Both the position numbers and the translations under genes were made by a program. Shown here piece by piece: positions 12,271 to 27,498 of a DNA stretch of 64,000 nt. The stretch is from the NCBI RefSeq assembly GCF_009914755.1, contig NC_060934.1; one strand, given 5' to 3'. Position 1 is the first letter of the stretch; every line of letters begins with the position of its first letter. Source of the stretch: the human T2T-CHM13v2.0 reference genome, Homo sapiens. Below the pieces are notes generated by a model. It was not told the DNA's origin and searched no databases. It saw only the letters and a program-made list of their open reading frames with translations.

Positions 12271-13830
12271 TGCTTGATATTAGGCTAATTTCCCTATAGT
12301 TTGAAAGAGGAACTTGGTAGTCATAATTAAATGTGTCTCTGTTGATAGCTTCACAGACTTTTAAGACAAGAGGGGATTCATCCTTTTGGTGACACCTGTC
12401 ATGTTACAGGAATACCTGTATTGTATGTGAAAGGACTGTGGAACTCAAAATTACTGTTCAAATGTAAGATGGAAATATTTATTGACATTATTATTACATT
12501 GTAATAGAGACTTAACCTAAGACTTGTCTTTTTTTTAGAATTTGTTAATGAAACTGCATTTATCTAATGCACTGTAAGAGCAATATCTTACTGAAACATT
12601 CTAAGCGTAGGTTAAGAAATGCATAATCGTTGGCTTGGTAATCTCTTTCTGGGCAATAACAGCAGAACCAACCTCCAGCAAAGAAAGCTTAGTAGCAGAG
12701 ATCCTATCTACATTCAGAATGGGACTCAGTGTATTTCCCTGATAAGAAAATGGAGAAAGTGGCACCAGAATTGAAAGTTTGTAATTGTAGGACATGGTAG
12801 GTGATTGCACATGTAGGGGGCTGGGACAGAGGGAATACCTTCAGAGATTACTTGCAATAAGGTAGTGTCAGTTTATAAAGCCAAGACAAAACAGAAATCA
12901 GGACACCATACCAGGAAGAAGGAATCAAAACCAGACTCAGCTGACCCTAAGGCTACAAGGCCACAAATGTCGAACTTTTTCCTCAGTGACTGCTGCTGTC
13001 AACTACAAAATAGGCTCCCTCCTGGTAAAGATAGCAGGTCACATATCTTAGTTACCGCTCAGGAAATAACCTGTCAGCACATCATCTCTGAACACAAAGG
13101 ACAAGATAATTGTCCCACGTTCTGTCAGGCAGAAGTCCCAGTCATCTGCAGAAGTGGTAATATGGAACATGGTGTATTTGTATTAACATTAACTCTTTTG
13201 TCTCTGGCTTCAGTAGGAAAAATTTTGGAGATGGCAATAACACTTTTTAGTATTGGATGATTTCCTTAGTCTTTCTTAATGCAGGGGATGCATACCTAAC
13301 TTTTGTAGTTAATAATTAAGGTATATCTATGTTGAATGATTAAGCAAAATCAAAACCAAGACTGATTTTTATTTTTTTACACTTTCTATTTTTACTTCAA
13401 CCAGAATGGAAGAAGTACACATAATTCTGGATAAATTCCAAATCCACTGAGAGTATATTTGGTTTATGTGGTAGGGAAATTAGCCTATTATTAAAACAGA
13501 TTTTTAAAGATTTATAGGAAGAGGCAAGTAGATGAAATTGCCCTGTCAGAATATTTCATGACTTTGATGGGATAAAAGTAAAACTATATGATTTCTATTG
13601 TACTTTCTCAGCTGTTACTCAAATTGATTATAACTATAAAGGAATTTCATTTTCTGATTCATCACCATATTAAAATGACTATGAAGTCTTCTAAACAAAA
13701 GCACGAAATTCTGTCTCCTCTTCTAGTATTCAATTCACATAGCAAGATCTCTTTAAAATGGTCATCATATTTTGTATTTATCCCTAAGTGTGTTTTAAAA
13801 ATAGCCAAGGTTAGAATAACAAAATAAACT

Positions 13831-13934
13831 CACACACACATGTGTGTGCATGCGTGTGTGTATATATATACACACACACACAGATCTATATATCTATATA
13901 TCTATATCTATACACACACACACACGCATGCACA
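13831..13934. repeat. Compound (CA/TG/TA/TATC) microsatellite with inverted arms
   Basis: Seen directly in the sequence. Confidence 0.9.
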
Positions 13935-15817
13935 AAAATCATGCCTGTTGATTGATTCTGGAAACTAGAAGAAATTGTATACTGTTTATAATCCAAGGGA
14001 GGATTATCTGTATGGATTTCAAGAAGATTTTACTTCACTAAATGTTGTGACATTTTACAAAATGTTGGTTGTGTCATGCTTTACCCCCTGGCTTTAACAC
14101 ATCCACAAGGCTTTGAAAGCTTGATTAGCAAACATAAATAATAAAAAGAAAAGTAGAACTACTTAGGGGGCAATATCAAAAGATGGATGTGCTAAATACA
14201 AAGCAGATAAATAATCAGACATGTTATTTTTGCCCCACTGAAAATCCATGCCAAAAATAGTAACGACTGTTTTTCTTTTTCTTGTCCACTTTCTTTTGAA
14301 CATTGATACTTCACATTTTGTTAATTCTGAACAAGACTATGAAAATGTTACATCATTTTACTGAATTGAAAACATTAATGAAATATAATGTGTGAGCAGA
14401 TAGATTCTATGAGTTTATGTGTGAACTTACACTAGAAAGAGAAGAATGGCAGTAGATGTGGGGGGTTGGAAGGAATCCAGTCCTATACACACATAAGAGA
14501 TAAAAATAAATTTATTTATTTTAAATTCATCCTTGAAATAGGTTAATCATTGAAAAAGACGGATCTACAGATTCCACATAACCACCCCCTGGTTCCATCC
14601 TTGCAAGCCGGGCATAAATGCTGAGACAGAATAATAAATAAAATAACAATTTAAAATAATTTCTGGGAAAATTATGGGACTATATACATGGAAAGAAACT
14701 TCCTGAAAACTGGTTTAAGAATACATTTAATCATATATTTTCAAAAAGTAATTATATATATTAAAAGGTAAATTTTACATCTGTACCAAAAGTACCCTGT
14801 CTTTTGCCCTCTCTTCTGAGAGAAACATTGCATTTTTCTGCAATATCTCTTCCTCGTGTCCTCTATCCTACATTTATAGAGTCTCAAATATGCTCAGCCT
14901 CAAAATTAAGATGCTTTGAGCTTCCAGAAAACACTACACAGATAAAGGTGGCTTTCAAAAGAGATGTTTCTTATTGTCTACGTAATCATGCAGAGTTAAG
15001 CAGTCACTGCAACCTTTCATCATTTTCTACAATAAGGCCAACTTTCCAGATAACCACTTAGTGAAACAAGAATCCTGTATTTCTATGGTGGAGCTACTGC
15101 GGGTCTCATCCAACCTCCTGCCATGTTTGGGCCACTGACTGTTTGGGCACTTACGTCCAGCTTGCGAGGATGGAGCCATGGGGTAAGTTAAGTAGAATTT
15201 GAAAGCAGATGAGTATAATAGGAGTACTTACTCTGGCTTTCAGAATTTAGGCAGAGAGAAACAGGGACTGCCATAACTCAGTGAATTTTCCCTATAACTA
15301 GACTCCATAATTTGTAATAAACTGCATATTTAATTAACCAGTTAGGAGGCTATTTTTCCTGTCTGGTTCATTGTTTGTGTATGTGCAACCACAGCAGAAA
15401 TCATGAAAGCAGCAGCAGCACTGGGAGAACCCAGCCTCTAAAATGTGTTAGAGTATTTATCTCTGCAAGATAGAGGTAGTTGATAAAATAGCAAGGTTAA
15501 AGGGCAGACACTTGCAGATCAAGCCTTTAAACAAACTTTCATTTTGAACACATACCATAACTTAGATGGGTTCATTAAGGAGACACAAGGCATTTGGAAG
15601 TAATAAAGTTAGTAATGGTTTCAAACCAACACTGTAGGGAAACTAAACTTATTAGAAGAAAATAATGAAATAATCATAAAATAGCTGACCCATTACTTAG
15701 CAATGTACCCAATACATTGTAATGTGCATTATATATATATGTAATATATACCATATACACACATACATATATATACACACATAAAAAATACATTGCTAAA
15801 GATGAGATAAGAGAGTT

Positions 15818-16065
15818 ACAGTGGTTATATCTTACATTTCTCTTCCCCAGTATCCATCACCCTTTCTTCCAGCCCTGAATTTTCTCTCAGGAAATCACCA
15901 TTTCCCTTTCGTGGATATTTTATTGGGAGACGGTACCTGCCTTTCACTCTTTAAGCCAAAGAGATCATGTCTTCTCCTTCCCCATAGTATCTATAGACAG
16001 AGAGTTGGCAAGTGATCTAGTCAGCCAAAAAGATTGTCTTTCCTCGGATTTTGAATCTTGAGCTA
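15818..16065 (+). mobile_element. Old ERVL-type LTR fragment (LTR16/LTR33-like)
   Basis: 'cagtatccatcaccctttcttcc...gaaatcaccatttccc...gcaagtgatctagtc...ggattttgaatcttgagc'. Confidence 0.4.
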
Positions 16066-16156
16066 GTGAAGCAACAAGGTAAAGAAGAATACAGGATCTT
16101 CCATTATTCTCTAGTGTTACATATTGTTCAGAGAAACATTTACAACATATGAAACC

Positions 16157-16628
16157 TACGAAAGGAAAATAAATCTTGGAGCCCCCAAATCACTAATCTA
16201 AAGGGAAAAGTCAAGTTGGGAACTGCTTAGGGCCAACCTGCCTCCCATTCTACTTGAAGTCATCCCTCTGCTCATTGAGATAAATGCGTATCTGATTGCC
16301 TCCTTTGGAGAGGCTAATCAGAAACTCAAAAGAATGCAACCATCTGTCTCTTATCTGCCTATGACCTAGAAGCCCCCTCCCTGCTGCGAGTCTTCTGGCC
16401 TTTGCTTCAAGTTGTCCCGCCTTTCTAGACGGAACCAATGTTCATCTTACACATGCTGATTGATGTCTCGTATCTCACTAAAATATATAAAACCAAACTG
16501 TGTTCTCACCATCTTAGATGCATGTCATTAGGACCTCCTGAGGCTGTGTCACAGGCGTGGGTCCTCGACCTTGGCAAAATAAACTTTCTAAATTAACTGA
16601 GACCTGTCTCAGATTTTCTGAGTTCACA
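16157..16628 (+). mobile_element. MER4A1-like solo LTR (ERV1)
   Basis: Starts (tg)..gaaaggaaaataaatcttggagcccccaaatcactaa and ends ...gagttcaca. 4-bp TSD aacc (16153-16156 / 16629-16632); internal TATA-like element and AATAAA. Confidence 0.9.
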
Positions 16629-16639
16629 AACCTAAAAAT

Positions 16640-17690
<1,051 letters not shown>

Positions 17691-17694
17691 TTAT

Positions 17695-20068
17695 TTTCTT
17701 CCACTTGAGTATAAACTGGACCTGGTAACTCAATTCTAAACAACAGAGCACGGAAAGGGAGTAGTAGCTTTATACTGAAGAAACATGGCAAGTACTGTCT
17801 TAAACAAGTGATTGAAGTTAATATCACTAGTTATATAAGTCATGTTGATATGGATTCCTGATACTAGATGATGAGAAAGATACTTCATCTGTGTGGTATT
17901 CTTCCCTAAAATCTGTAATTCCAGTGAAATCATGAACACTTTAGATACATACAAATTGAAGGTAATTCTACAAAATGCTTGCCCAGTGCTCTTTAAAAGT
18001 ATCAAGGTAAGGTATATATGAGAAAAAAAAAATTAAAGTCTATAACCTAAGCTTCTACTTTAAGAAACTAGAAAAAGAGCAAATAAAATTCAAACTAAGC
18101 AGAAGAAAATAAATTATACAAATTAGAGCAAAAATCAATGAATTTGGAAGCAGAAAATCAGTAAAGAAAGTCAACAAAATCAAAAGCTAGTTATCTGAAA
18201 AGATCAATAAAATTTACAAGCCCGTAGCCAGGTTAACTAAAAAAAAAGAGAGAAGATACAAATTACTAATATCAGTAATGAAAAGGGACTATGACAACTG
18301 ATATCATGAACATTAAAAAGATAATAACAAAATACCATGAACAACCCTATACTCACAAATATGATAGCCTAAGTAAAATAAATAATTCCTTGAAAGATAC
18401 AATATACTGAAACTCATATACACAGACATAGATAACATGAATAGGCTTATAGCTATTGAGGAGATTGGATCAATAATTAATAAACTTCCAAAACAGAAAG
18501 AACCAGGACCAGATAGACTCACTGGTTAATTCTACCAAACACTGAAGGAGGAAATTATACCAATTCTTTCCATCTCTTCCAGAAGGTGGAAGCAGAGTGA
18601 ATACTTTCCAACTCATTCTATGAGGCCATAATTCCCCTATTACCAAAACCAAAGACATTGAAAGAAAGGAAAATTACAGATCAATATTTCTTACGAACAT
18701 AAATGCCAAGATTTTTAAGAAAATGTTAACAAAACTAATTGAATTATGTATAAAAGGAATTATATACTAATTCTTTTAGTATATAAATAATTTTATTATA
18801 AATAGTCATAAATAAATCTACAAAGAATCAAGTAGATTTATCCCAGGTATGTAAACCTGATTCAGCCTTCAAAAATCAATTACTATAATCCATCATATCA
18901 TTAGGCTAAAGAAGAAAAATCACATAATAATATTAAAAGGAAAAGCATTTGACAAAATCCTACACCCACTCATAGTAAGAACTCTCAGCAAAGTAGGAAT
19001 AGAAGGGACCTTTCTCAACTTAATAAAAAACATCCACAAAATGCCTACAGTTAACATCATACTTAATGGAGACAAACTAGATCTCTTCCCACTAAGATCA
19101 GGAAGAAGGCAAGATGTCCACTCTCACCACTAGTGAATGTAATAAACAATAAAAGGAAATAAAAACCATTCAGACTTGGAAGGAAGATTAAAAATCTCTT
19201 TGTAGATGACACGATTGTCTATATAGAAAATAGCAAAGAATCAATTTAAAAAGTCCTGGAACTAATTAATGACAGCAAGCTTGTAGGATACAACTCAAGT
19301 CTTTTGATTTCTTATACACCAGCAATGAAAAACTAAAATTTGAAATTAAAAACACAATGCCATTAACATGAGCACCAAAAAAGAGATACTTAGTATAAAT
19401 CTAAAAATAATATCTACGAGATCCATGTGAAGAAAATTACAGAACTCTGATGAAAGAATTCAAAGAAGATCTACATAAATGGAGAGTGAGTTCCGGTGCC
19501 TAGATAGGACTCAGTATGGTCTAGATGTCAGTCTTTCCCTACTTGATGTACAATCAAGTTAATATTTAATACAATCCCTATCAAAATTCCAGCCAGGCAT
19601 TTTGGGTATTTACTAATTGACCCTAAACTTAACAGGGAAAAGCAAAAGACCCAGAATACTTGATACAATATTGAAAGACAAAATTAGAGGACTGACACTA
19701 CCTGACTTCAAGACCTACTATAAAGCTACAGTAATCATGACAGCATTGTGTTTGTAAAAGAATATACATAAAGTAAAAGAAACTGTGAAAAGTTGTCACA
19801 TTTCGAAAGACACTATGAAGACGTGATAACTAAATGCAATGTGATATTCTGGAACAGAAAACAGACATTAGTAGTGAAATTTGAACAAAGTCTACAGTTG
19901 CCTTGCACCAATGCTAATTAATTAGTTTTGACAAATATACCATGATAATGTAAGATGTTAACTTTAAGGGAAACTGGTAGAAAGGTATGTGGGCACTTTA
20001 CTATCTGTACTATCATTGAATCTCTTCTGTAAACACAAAATTATTTTAAAATAAATAGTTTAAAAAAA
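17695..20068 (+). mobile_element. L1MC-like 3' UTR (17695-18008 and 19775-20068), split by an L1M ORF2 fragment
   Basis: L1MC motifs 'cttcatctgtgtggtattcttccc...attctacaaaat...aagtatcaagg' resume at 'aaagaaactgtgaaaagttgtcaca...actaaatgcaatgtg' and end in an A-rich tail. Confidence 0.7.
18015..19770 (+). mobile_element. L1M ORF2 internal fragment (degenerate, no 3' UTR or tail)
   Basis: ORF2 motifs 'aagatcaataaaatt', 'ccaactcattctatgaggcca', 'aaagcatttgacaaaatcc', 'tgtagatgacacgattgtctatatagaaaa', 'cctgacttcaagacctactataaagctacagtaatc'. Confidence 0.85.
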
Positions 20069-20069
20069 G

Positions 20070-22250
20070 ATTCTAAGCCAAATATCTCTCATGTAAAAAC
20101 ATACAAAAGTCCTAATAAAATTTTAGCAAGGCAAAATTCATCATTACAAAAGAAAGATACTATTCCATGCCCAAATTAGATCCATTTCAGGAATACAAGT
20201 TTATTTTAACATTAAGTAATCTATTAATTTTCTAATTCATCTTATTTACAGATTAAAAGGGAAATTAGATATAAGCTTCTCAACAGATAGAAATCAAGTA
20301 GGAATTTGTGACATAATTTCTTACTCAAACTAGGAATAAAAGGGAACACCTTTAATTTGACATAGCACATTCACAAAAATTTACCGCAAACGTGATATTC
20401 AAATGTAAAATGTTACAAGCCTTATTTTAAAATAGGATAATAGCAACAAGGATAAACACTAACAACACTTCTCTTTAGCGTTGCCTTGGTTATTGTAACC
20501 AGCACATTAATTAAAAGCATAAAGATGAAAAAAGAAATAAAAAAATGTACAAACTACAACAAACCCAGAGCAAAGGTTAAGAATAAACAGTGTATTCTGG
20601 AAGAAAAAAAAGAAACAATAGTTATGAAAATTTTCTTTACCAGTTATCATGGCATTTTAAATTTAGAATAATTAAGATGCACAGTAAAATAATAGAGACA
20701 GACATATAGTCTATTGGAACAAAAGACAAATTTTTACACAGACAATGCATTTATACTTGATTATGTATCTGGCTCTGCACATCATTATGGGTAAAAAAAC
20801 TTTTTTATTTAAACAATTATTATTAAAAAGTTTTTATGTAATTGGTTAGGCATATGAAGTGAATAAAAATAAAAGTCTTATCTCAATATACAAAAAAATA
20901 CAAATGGTTAAGATCTTAAATGAGAAAGGCAAATTTATTTATTTATTTAGAGACGGAGTCTCACTCTGTCACCCAGGCTGTAGTGTAGTGGCGCGATCTC
21001 AGCTCACTGCAACCTCCTGTCCCCGGGTTCAAGCGATTTGCCACCACGCCTGGCTAATTTTTTGTATTTTTAGTAGAGACAGGGTTTCACCGTGTTAGCC
21101 AGGATGGTCTTGATCTCCTGACCTCGTGATCCGCCCACCTCGGCCTCCCAAAGTGCTGGGATATATAGATGTGAGCCACTGTGCCCGGTAAAACTTGAAA
21201 ACTTTAAAGGGCAATTTTTAAGTCCTCAGTAGAGCAAAGGATATAAAACCACAAACCTTGAAATTTTCTTTAACAATAACATCATAAAGAGAATGAAAAG
21301 GAAATGTAAACTAAGAAAAGATGAAATATATACAACCCATAGTATCCAGAAAAATAAAAACAACCCCAAAGAAAAATGGATCAATGTTGTACCAGTATTT
21401 CAAAGAAGTGAAATAAAGAGATAGGACAAACATATTGGGGGGAAGAAGCTCAATCTCATAGGGAATCAAGGAATGCAAATTGAAAACATGATATCATTTA
21501 GATATATCTCATTTACACATTGGCCAACAATTCAAAAAATCTAAGTCTATAGAAGGTTGTTAAACATCTGAACTCCTCCTTCACTCCTCGCTGAAGTAGA
21601 AAATCAGAAAACCTTTTGGAAAACAATTTGGTATGACCTCGTAAATCTGAACAGCCACAGAACCTATGGCCCTGTCCTTCAGTCCCAAGCATGTATCCTA
21701 GAAAGCTTTTGCAACAGATGCACCAGAATTAAATTGTTCATAGTAGCTTTGTACATAACAGAAGAAAGAGAAAAAGAGGAAAGAGAAAAAGAGGATGAGA
21801 ATGAACAAAGATTTGCACTAATAATCCATACGCTCATCAGTAGTACAATAAATATATTTCGATACATTTATATAATGGGGTAAAGCATCTGTATCTTGAA
21901 AACAAAATGTGGAGAAAGCAAGTTGAAGAGGATTAAAAAAATAAAATTTGATCCTACAATACAACAATATAATACTCAAGAGTATCCGCCCACACCACTC
22001 ACATATAAACCATACACACACACCTAAGTATTATGTTGTATTGACTGTGTAACAAAAGTATAGGAACAGGTATAAAAATGAGCAATACAAATTTCAGAAC
22101 AGTGATTAAGTAAGAGTGGGGAGACAGGACCACGAGGTAAGGTTAAGTACATAGATATTTACTTGATTTATTATTAGTAGTAGTATTTTAAGTACATATA
22201 TGTTATATTTACTCTTGTGTTTGATATATATTTCCTAGTTTTCAAAGGTT
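20070..22250 (+). mobile_element. Old L1ME-like ORF2/3' fragments, interrupted by an Alu
   Basis: Highly diverged ORF2 motifs ('cctaataaaattttagcaa', 'caaactaggaataaaagggaac', 'ttttggaaaacaatttgg', 'tgttcatagtagctttg'). Confidence 0.6.
20934..21188 (-). mobile_element. AluSc-like with a ~40-bp internal deletion
   Basis: (TTTA)n tail. 'aagcgatt|tgccaccacg' at 21038/21039 lacks the ctcctgcctcagcc...caggcgcc segment. Confidence 0.93.
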
Positions 22251-23489
22251 CAAAACAAAAAATTTCAGTCATATGAACTTTTGTGGTTCTGGCTCCTCTC
22301 CCTTCTGCCTCTCCCTGGTGGCACACGCAACTTCTCATGCCTGCCTTTCACATGCAGGCTCATCCTCAGCCCCTCTCTAACCCCCACTATATAAAAGCCC
22401 TGATTTCGGCTAGCCAAGTTAATTTCTCTTGCTTCCACCCAAGAATCTCTTCTGAAATGCAACATAAACATAATCTTTCCAACTTAGAATGACAAAAACT
22501 ATCTCCCTAGGTATTTAAGTTATTAGTTGTATTACTTTTGTTTCATTAATTGTAGTTTTATTGATTTTAGATCATATGCACACACATATCATGTTTGAGC
22601 TTCTTTTGCTGATTTCTATAAAAGAATTTGTACAAAACAGTGTTGATAATAATGTATCCAACACATAGGGACACATGAAAAACTGAAAAGAATAAGGAAA
22701 AAAAGGTGAAGCAGTCAACCCTATTTTCTCAAGTGGACTCTGCATTTGGCTCATTATTCAATCTTTAATCCTGTGTTACCTTCCTTCCACCATCCTGATT
22801 CAAAATCCCCTTAAGCAAAATATAATTAGCACAAGGAGTCAACTGAAAGTAAACATATATGATTTTAAATTCTGATGGTACCTTATACTTTTCTAGGTGC
22901 TTTCATGGTGAAGTCTTCCTGTTCATGAAGTAGACAGTTTAGGTGTTGCCTGTTTTACAAATAAGGAAGTCAAGGTCCAGGCAGGTTAAAAGATTCATCT
23001 GAGGTTATAGAGCAATTATCAATGACAACTCTGATACTGATGCTACAGATTCAGAGAGGATTGTCTTATTCTTAAAAAGGGAAAATGTATATAAAGCCCT
23101 TGTTACAATGGTGGACACATAGTTAAGTACTTAATAAAGGCAAATTCTCTCTCTCTTATCCCTTGCACTTTGCCTCACTTATCAATTCCATGCAGCTGAT
23201 TATTCTGGTCTATAAATCTAAAGTCTCAGCAAGAATGTTGAGTGAACAGTATCCAAAGTCACATAGCGGCTTTTCCTATCCTGACCCAAATAAATGTATT
23301 TTGCAAATATGTCACTTATTAATTATTACTACACAAAGATTATCACATAATCCCACATTCCAAGCAAATAATAAAAAACTGTCACATACCTAAAGGGTTA
23401 GAAAAAAATCCAGATTTTAAGCAATACATAGACGCAGTGTCCAGATACTTAACTAAATTTTTTGAAGGTTCCATGTGGAAGCACAGATA

Positions 23490-23645
23490 GTGGACAGACC
23501 ACAAAACTGGCCATCAGCCACCTGGATTTTGTGTTCTGTAGTTTGACTTTCAGCAAATCACATAACTTCCCTGAGTCTCAGCCTCCTCATCTAAAGACAG
23601 ACAGTTTAACTAGGTATTCAATAAGGTCCTTCCCTGTTCTGAGTC
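23490..23645 (+). mobile_element. MIR3/MIRc-like SINE
   Basis: 'gcaaatcacataacttccctgagtctcagcctcctcatctaaa...taaggtccttccctgttct'. Confidence 0.7.
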
Positions 23646-24274
23646 TTCTTTTATTTTTTTAACTGCCACAAATTTATAGTATCTTAGTGTTACTGCCAAT
23701 ATAGAAAGCCAAATGACAGCTTCAACGCTGGTGTTTCTCAATAATGCACTTTATGCTATAGCACAGAAGGGCTTAGTGAATCGATGATGGTGCCAAAATT
23801 AGAATTTATGGCTGTGCCTAATCTATTGTTTTGCTAGTAAGCCATACTGCCTGATACTGCCTCCACTTAACAATAAAACAAGATTTAAAGGGCAAAACTG
23901 TATGATTTCATACTGGCATATGCAAGGGTAAAATTGAAAGACGGTACTATAAAATCATCTCACCATAACGACCATCGAGTACTTACGCTCTGCAAAAAAT
24001 GTGTACTTGTCTGCCCTTGCCAGACAGATAGCAATATTTGGTTCAAAGGATTATAGTGGAGTTAAGAAAAAAAGAATTAAAGACTGGTTTTCGTATGTCT
24101 GAAAGCTTTGCATACCAAAGTACATCATGGAACGACACTCACTAGAAAAAGAACAATTATACTTCTAAAAGTAAGAGATTTAATAAGCAATGAGCTTAAA
24201 ACTAGGCTGAAAGAAAAGTTAATTGAAGTCTAATTTATCTCTTTCTGGACCCTAAATTACTAACAACAAAAAAA

Positions 24275-24430
24275 TTAGCTAACAGTTACTGAACCTGCGT
24301 GTCAGGCACAACGGCAAGCATTTTTTATGTGTTAATTCACTTAATCCTCACAAGAGCCCTCTGAATTAGATACTGTTAATATTCCCAGTTTATAGATGAA
24401 GACACAGAGATTTGAAGTTATATAACTAGT
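24275..24430 (-). mobile_element. MIR
   Basis: 'gtgtcaggcac...cacttaatcctcacaa...cccagtttatagatgaagacacagag'. Confidence 0.75.
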
Positions 24431-26707
24431 ACAGAGCAGAACAGGAAGCAAGAATAGTTTCTGTTAAACATGTGACCTTCTTCCTGTATGTAAAATGGCC
24501 ATGTTAGTAATTTTTACATGTGATTTTCATATATTCATAAAGGAGTGCATGTTGAAGTCTGCACTCTTTAATGATGTAAAATAAAAATTATTAAGAACTA
24601 AAAATAAGTTTTATCATTATAGTATCTGGAAAATGTTACATATCATTTGCATGTGTGACATTAACTATTTTAAATAAAGGTATATTGAAACTTAAAAAAT
24701 TAGACTTGTTCCACAAACATGAACAAGTCAGTTTTTAGTCATGATTCTAAAGATGCTTTTATGTGATATTGTAAATTGATATTAGAATATGTAAGTGGCT
24801 CCAGTCATCTTTAACACTTCTAATTATTCAGAGAGATGACATAATATCTTCTGACAAATTCTGATTTGCTATTTTCCCACTAGCTGTTTTTTTAAATTGA
24901 CAAACTCCAAATTTTAATTTGATTTAGGATGAGAATAAATAAAAATGGTTGATTCTCATTTGCAAACTGTGACACTCGTTATGAATTTCATAAAAATCAA
25001 AAGTATTGCATTTTATTGATCTAAAGACTTAAGTTTCATTTTTAGTTTATTTCCTGATAATTCATTTTTTGACATTATCTAAAACATATCCTTTGCAAAT
25101 ACACAAATGGAGAACATTAGTTTCTTAAATAAGGTTTACTAACTGAGACTGAACTTGCTTGTCAAATGTGCCAAGAAATGCAGGCTGCTGCTCAGCTCCA
25201 TTAAGCAGCCACTCTGCTGGTTTAAATATTTTCCAGAGTGGGCAGTAGTTCCTGAGGCATACCTGGAAGAGAGGTTGACAGGGTTGCCATACTGCCACCC
25301 TAATTTGCAAGACCAAAGTCTCATTTGAGCAGGGTTTTCACTGAAGCATCATGTCTAAAACACATCTTTGTTTATACTGTAGGTGGCAGGATTTTTATGC
25401 TTTAAACATTTTGCTATAACCCTGCATTTTTTGCAAATGAAAATTTAAGATGCCATCAGATAACATTTTATGAAAATATTTATATGGTTCCAGAAAAAAT
25501 AGCCAGGCCTTGAAGGTGGGTGCCTTTCATTCTTGGTATTGTTCATAAATTAATATACATTGTTTGATATAATCATATTTCACATTAGGTTTAACTTTTT
25601 CTCTTTGTTCTGCAAATTCGATATTTTTCTAAATTTTGAGATTCAATAAATTAAAAGCACTAAATATTGAAACTTAAAAACAGAATTCACTCCTGTTTAA
25701 GATTTGAAAATGGGTATATCTGCATTGAATCCAATATGCCAAATGACTTTATTTCAGACTTTTGAGTAAGGAATATAAATTTCTGAAAGAGGGCATCATT
25801 TTTAGCCATTAATATCTGAAAAAGACAGCAATTTACAAACAAAAACAAAAACTTATCAATTCTTTGCAAGCTTATGAAATTCTGAATCAATCTTTTTATT
25901 TTGGCTTCCAGTAGTACAAAATGTTTCCATTCACATTTGATATACTTACATATATTTAAAATCATCACTATTTTTTCATAATATATGAAAACATTTTTAT
26001 CATGTCTTTTTAAAAGCAAATTATGTCAGTGAAGACAATTTTCTTGGCTAACCCTTGTACAGGCTAATTTGCTTATATTATAAACATCTATAAAAATTCA
26101 TGTTTTATTATATATTTCAAAGCTCTAAAATGAAATTAATCAGGGTGACTTGAAGTTCATCAGGACACCTTGGCTTCTTCTTAAATTGAAGTTGACATAT
26201 GCTCTTCCTTAATATCTGTTTCTTACTCTACTTAAGGGAAATGGCAAATTATCTAAAAGTTAACTCAAATTGCTTAATATGCTATTTCAGCCTTTGCATT
26301 TCTTCTACTTGGCCCATACTCTCAACTAATTCAAAAAGAGTTCTCTATACAAATTCCTACATTTACCAACAGTAAAATGGCTATCACTCACGTCTACTTA
26401 AGATGAACAACTAATGATCTATTTTGTACAAATGTGTTTATGCAGGCATTTTAGAGGAAATTTTATCTCCTTAGGTAAAGTTTATGAACCTTTCTCAGTA
26501 AAAACATGAGACCTAGAACTATATATACTCTGCTCTTATTTGAAATGCTTCATGAGTTTTTTCACCAAAAGTTTACCTCAGTGTTTGAAATCATTATGTG
26601 CCATCATAACAGTTACACACACAGACATACACACAAATAGACGCTTCTAATAACACCTTTTTTTTCGTCTCTGGAGCTCAAAATTCTGTCATTAAGGCTA
26701 GATTCCG

Positions 26708-27026
<319 letters not shown>

Positions 27027-27075
27027 TTATATAGATAGGGAAATAGGGAAATGAGGGACAAAAAATAATATCCTT

Positions 27076-27498
<423 letters not shown>

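Noticed and set aside
12865-13260. 131-aa + strand ORF
   Set aside because: GTG start, no recognisable domain and no convincing splice context; consistent with chance.
23940-24140. CpG-containing patch with a minus-strand GTAAGT
   Set aside because: No matching acceptor or coding signal; a single hexamer is expected by chance.
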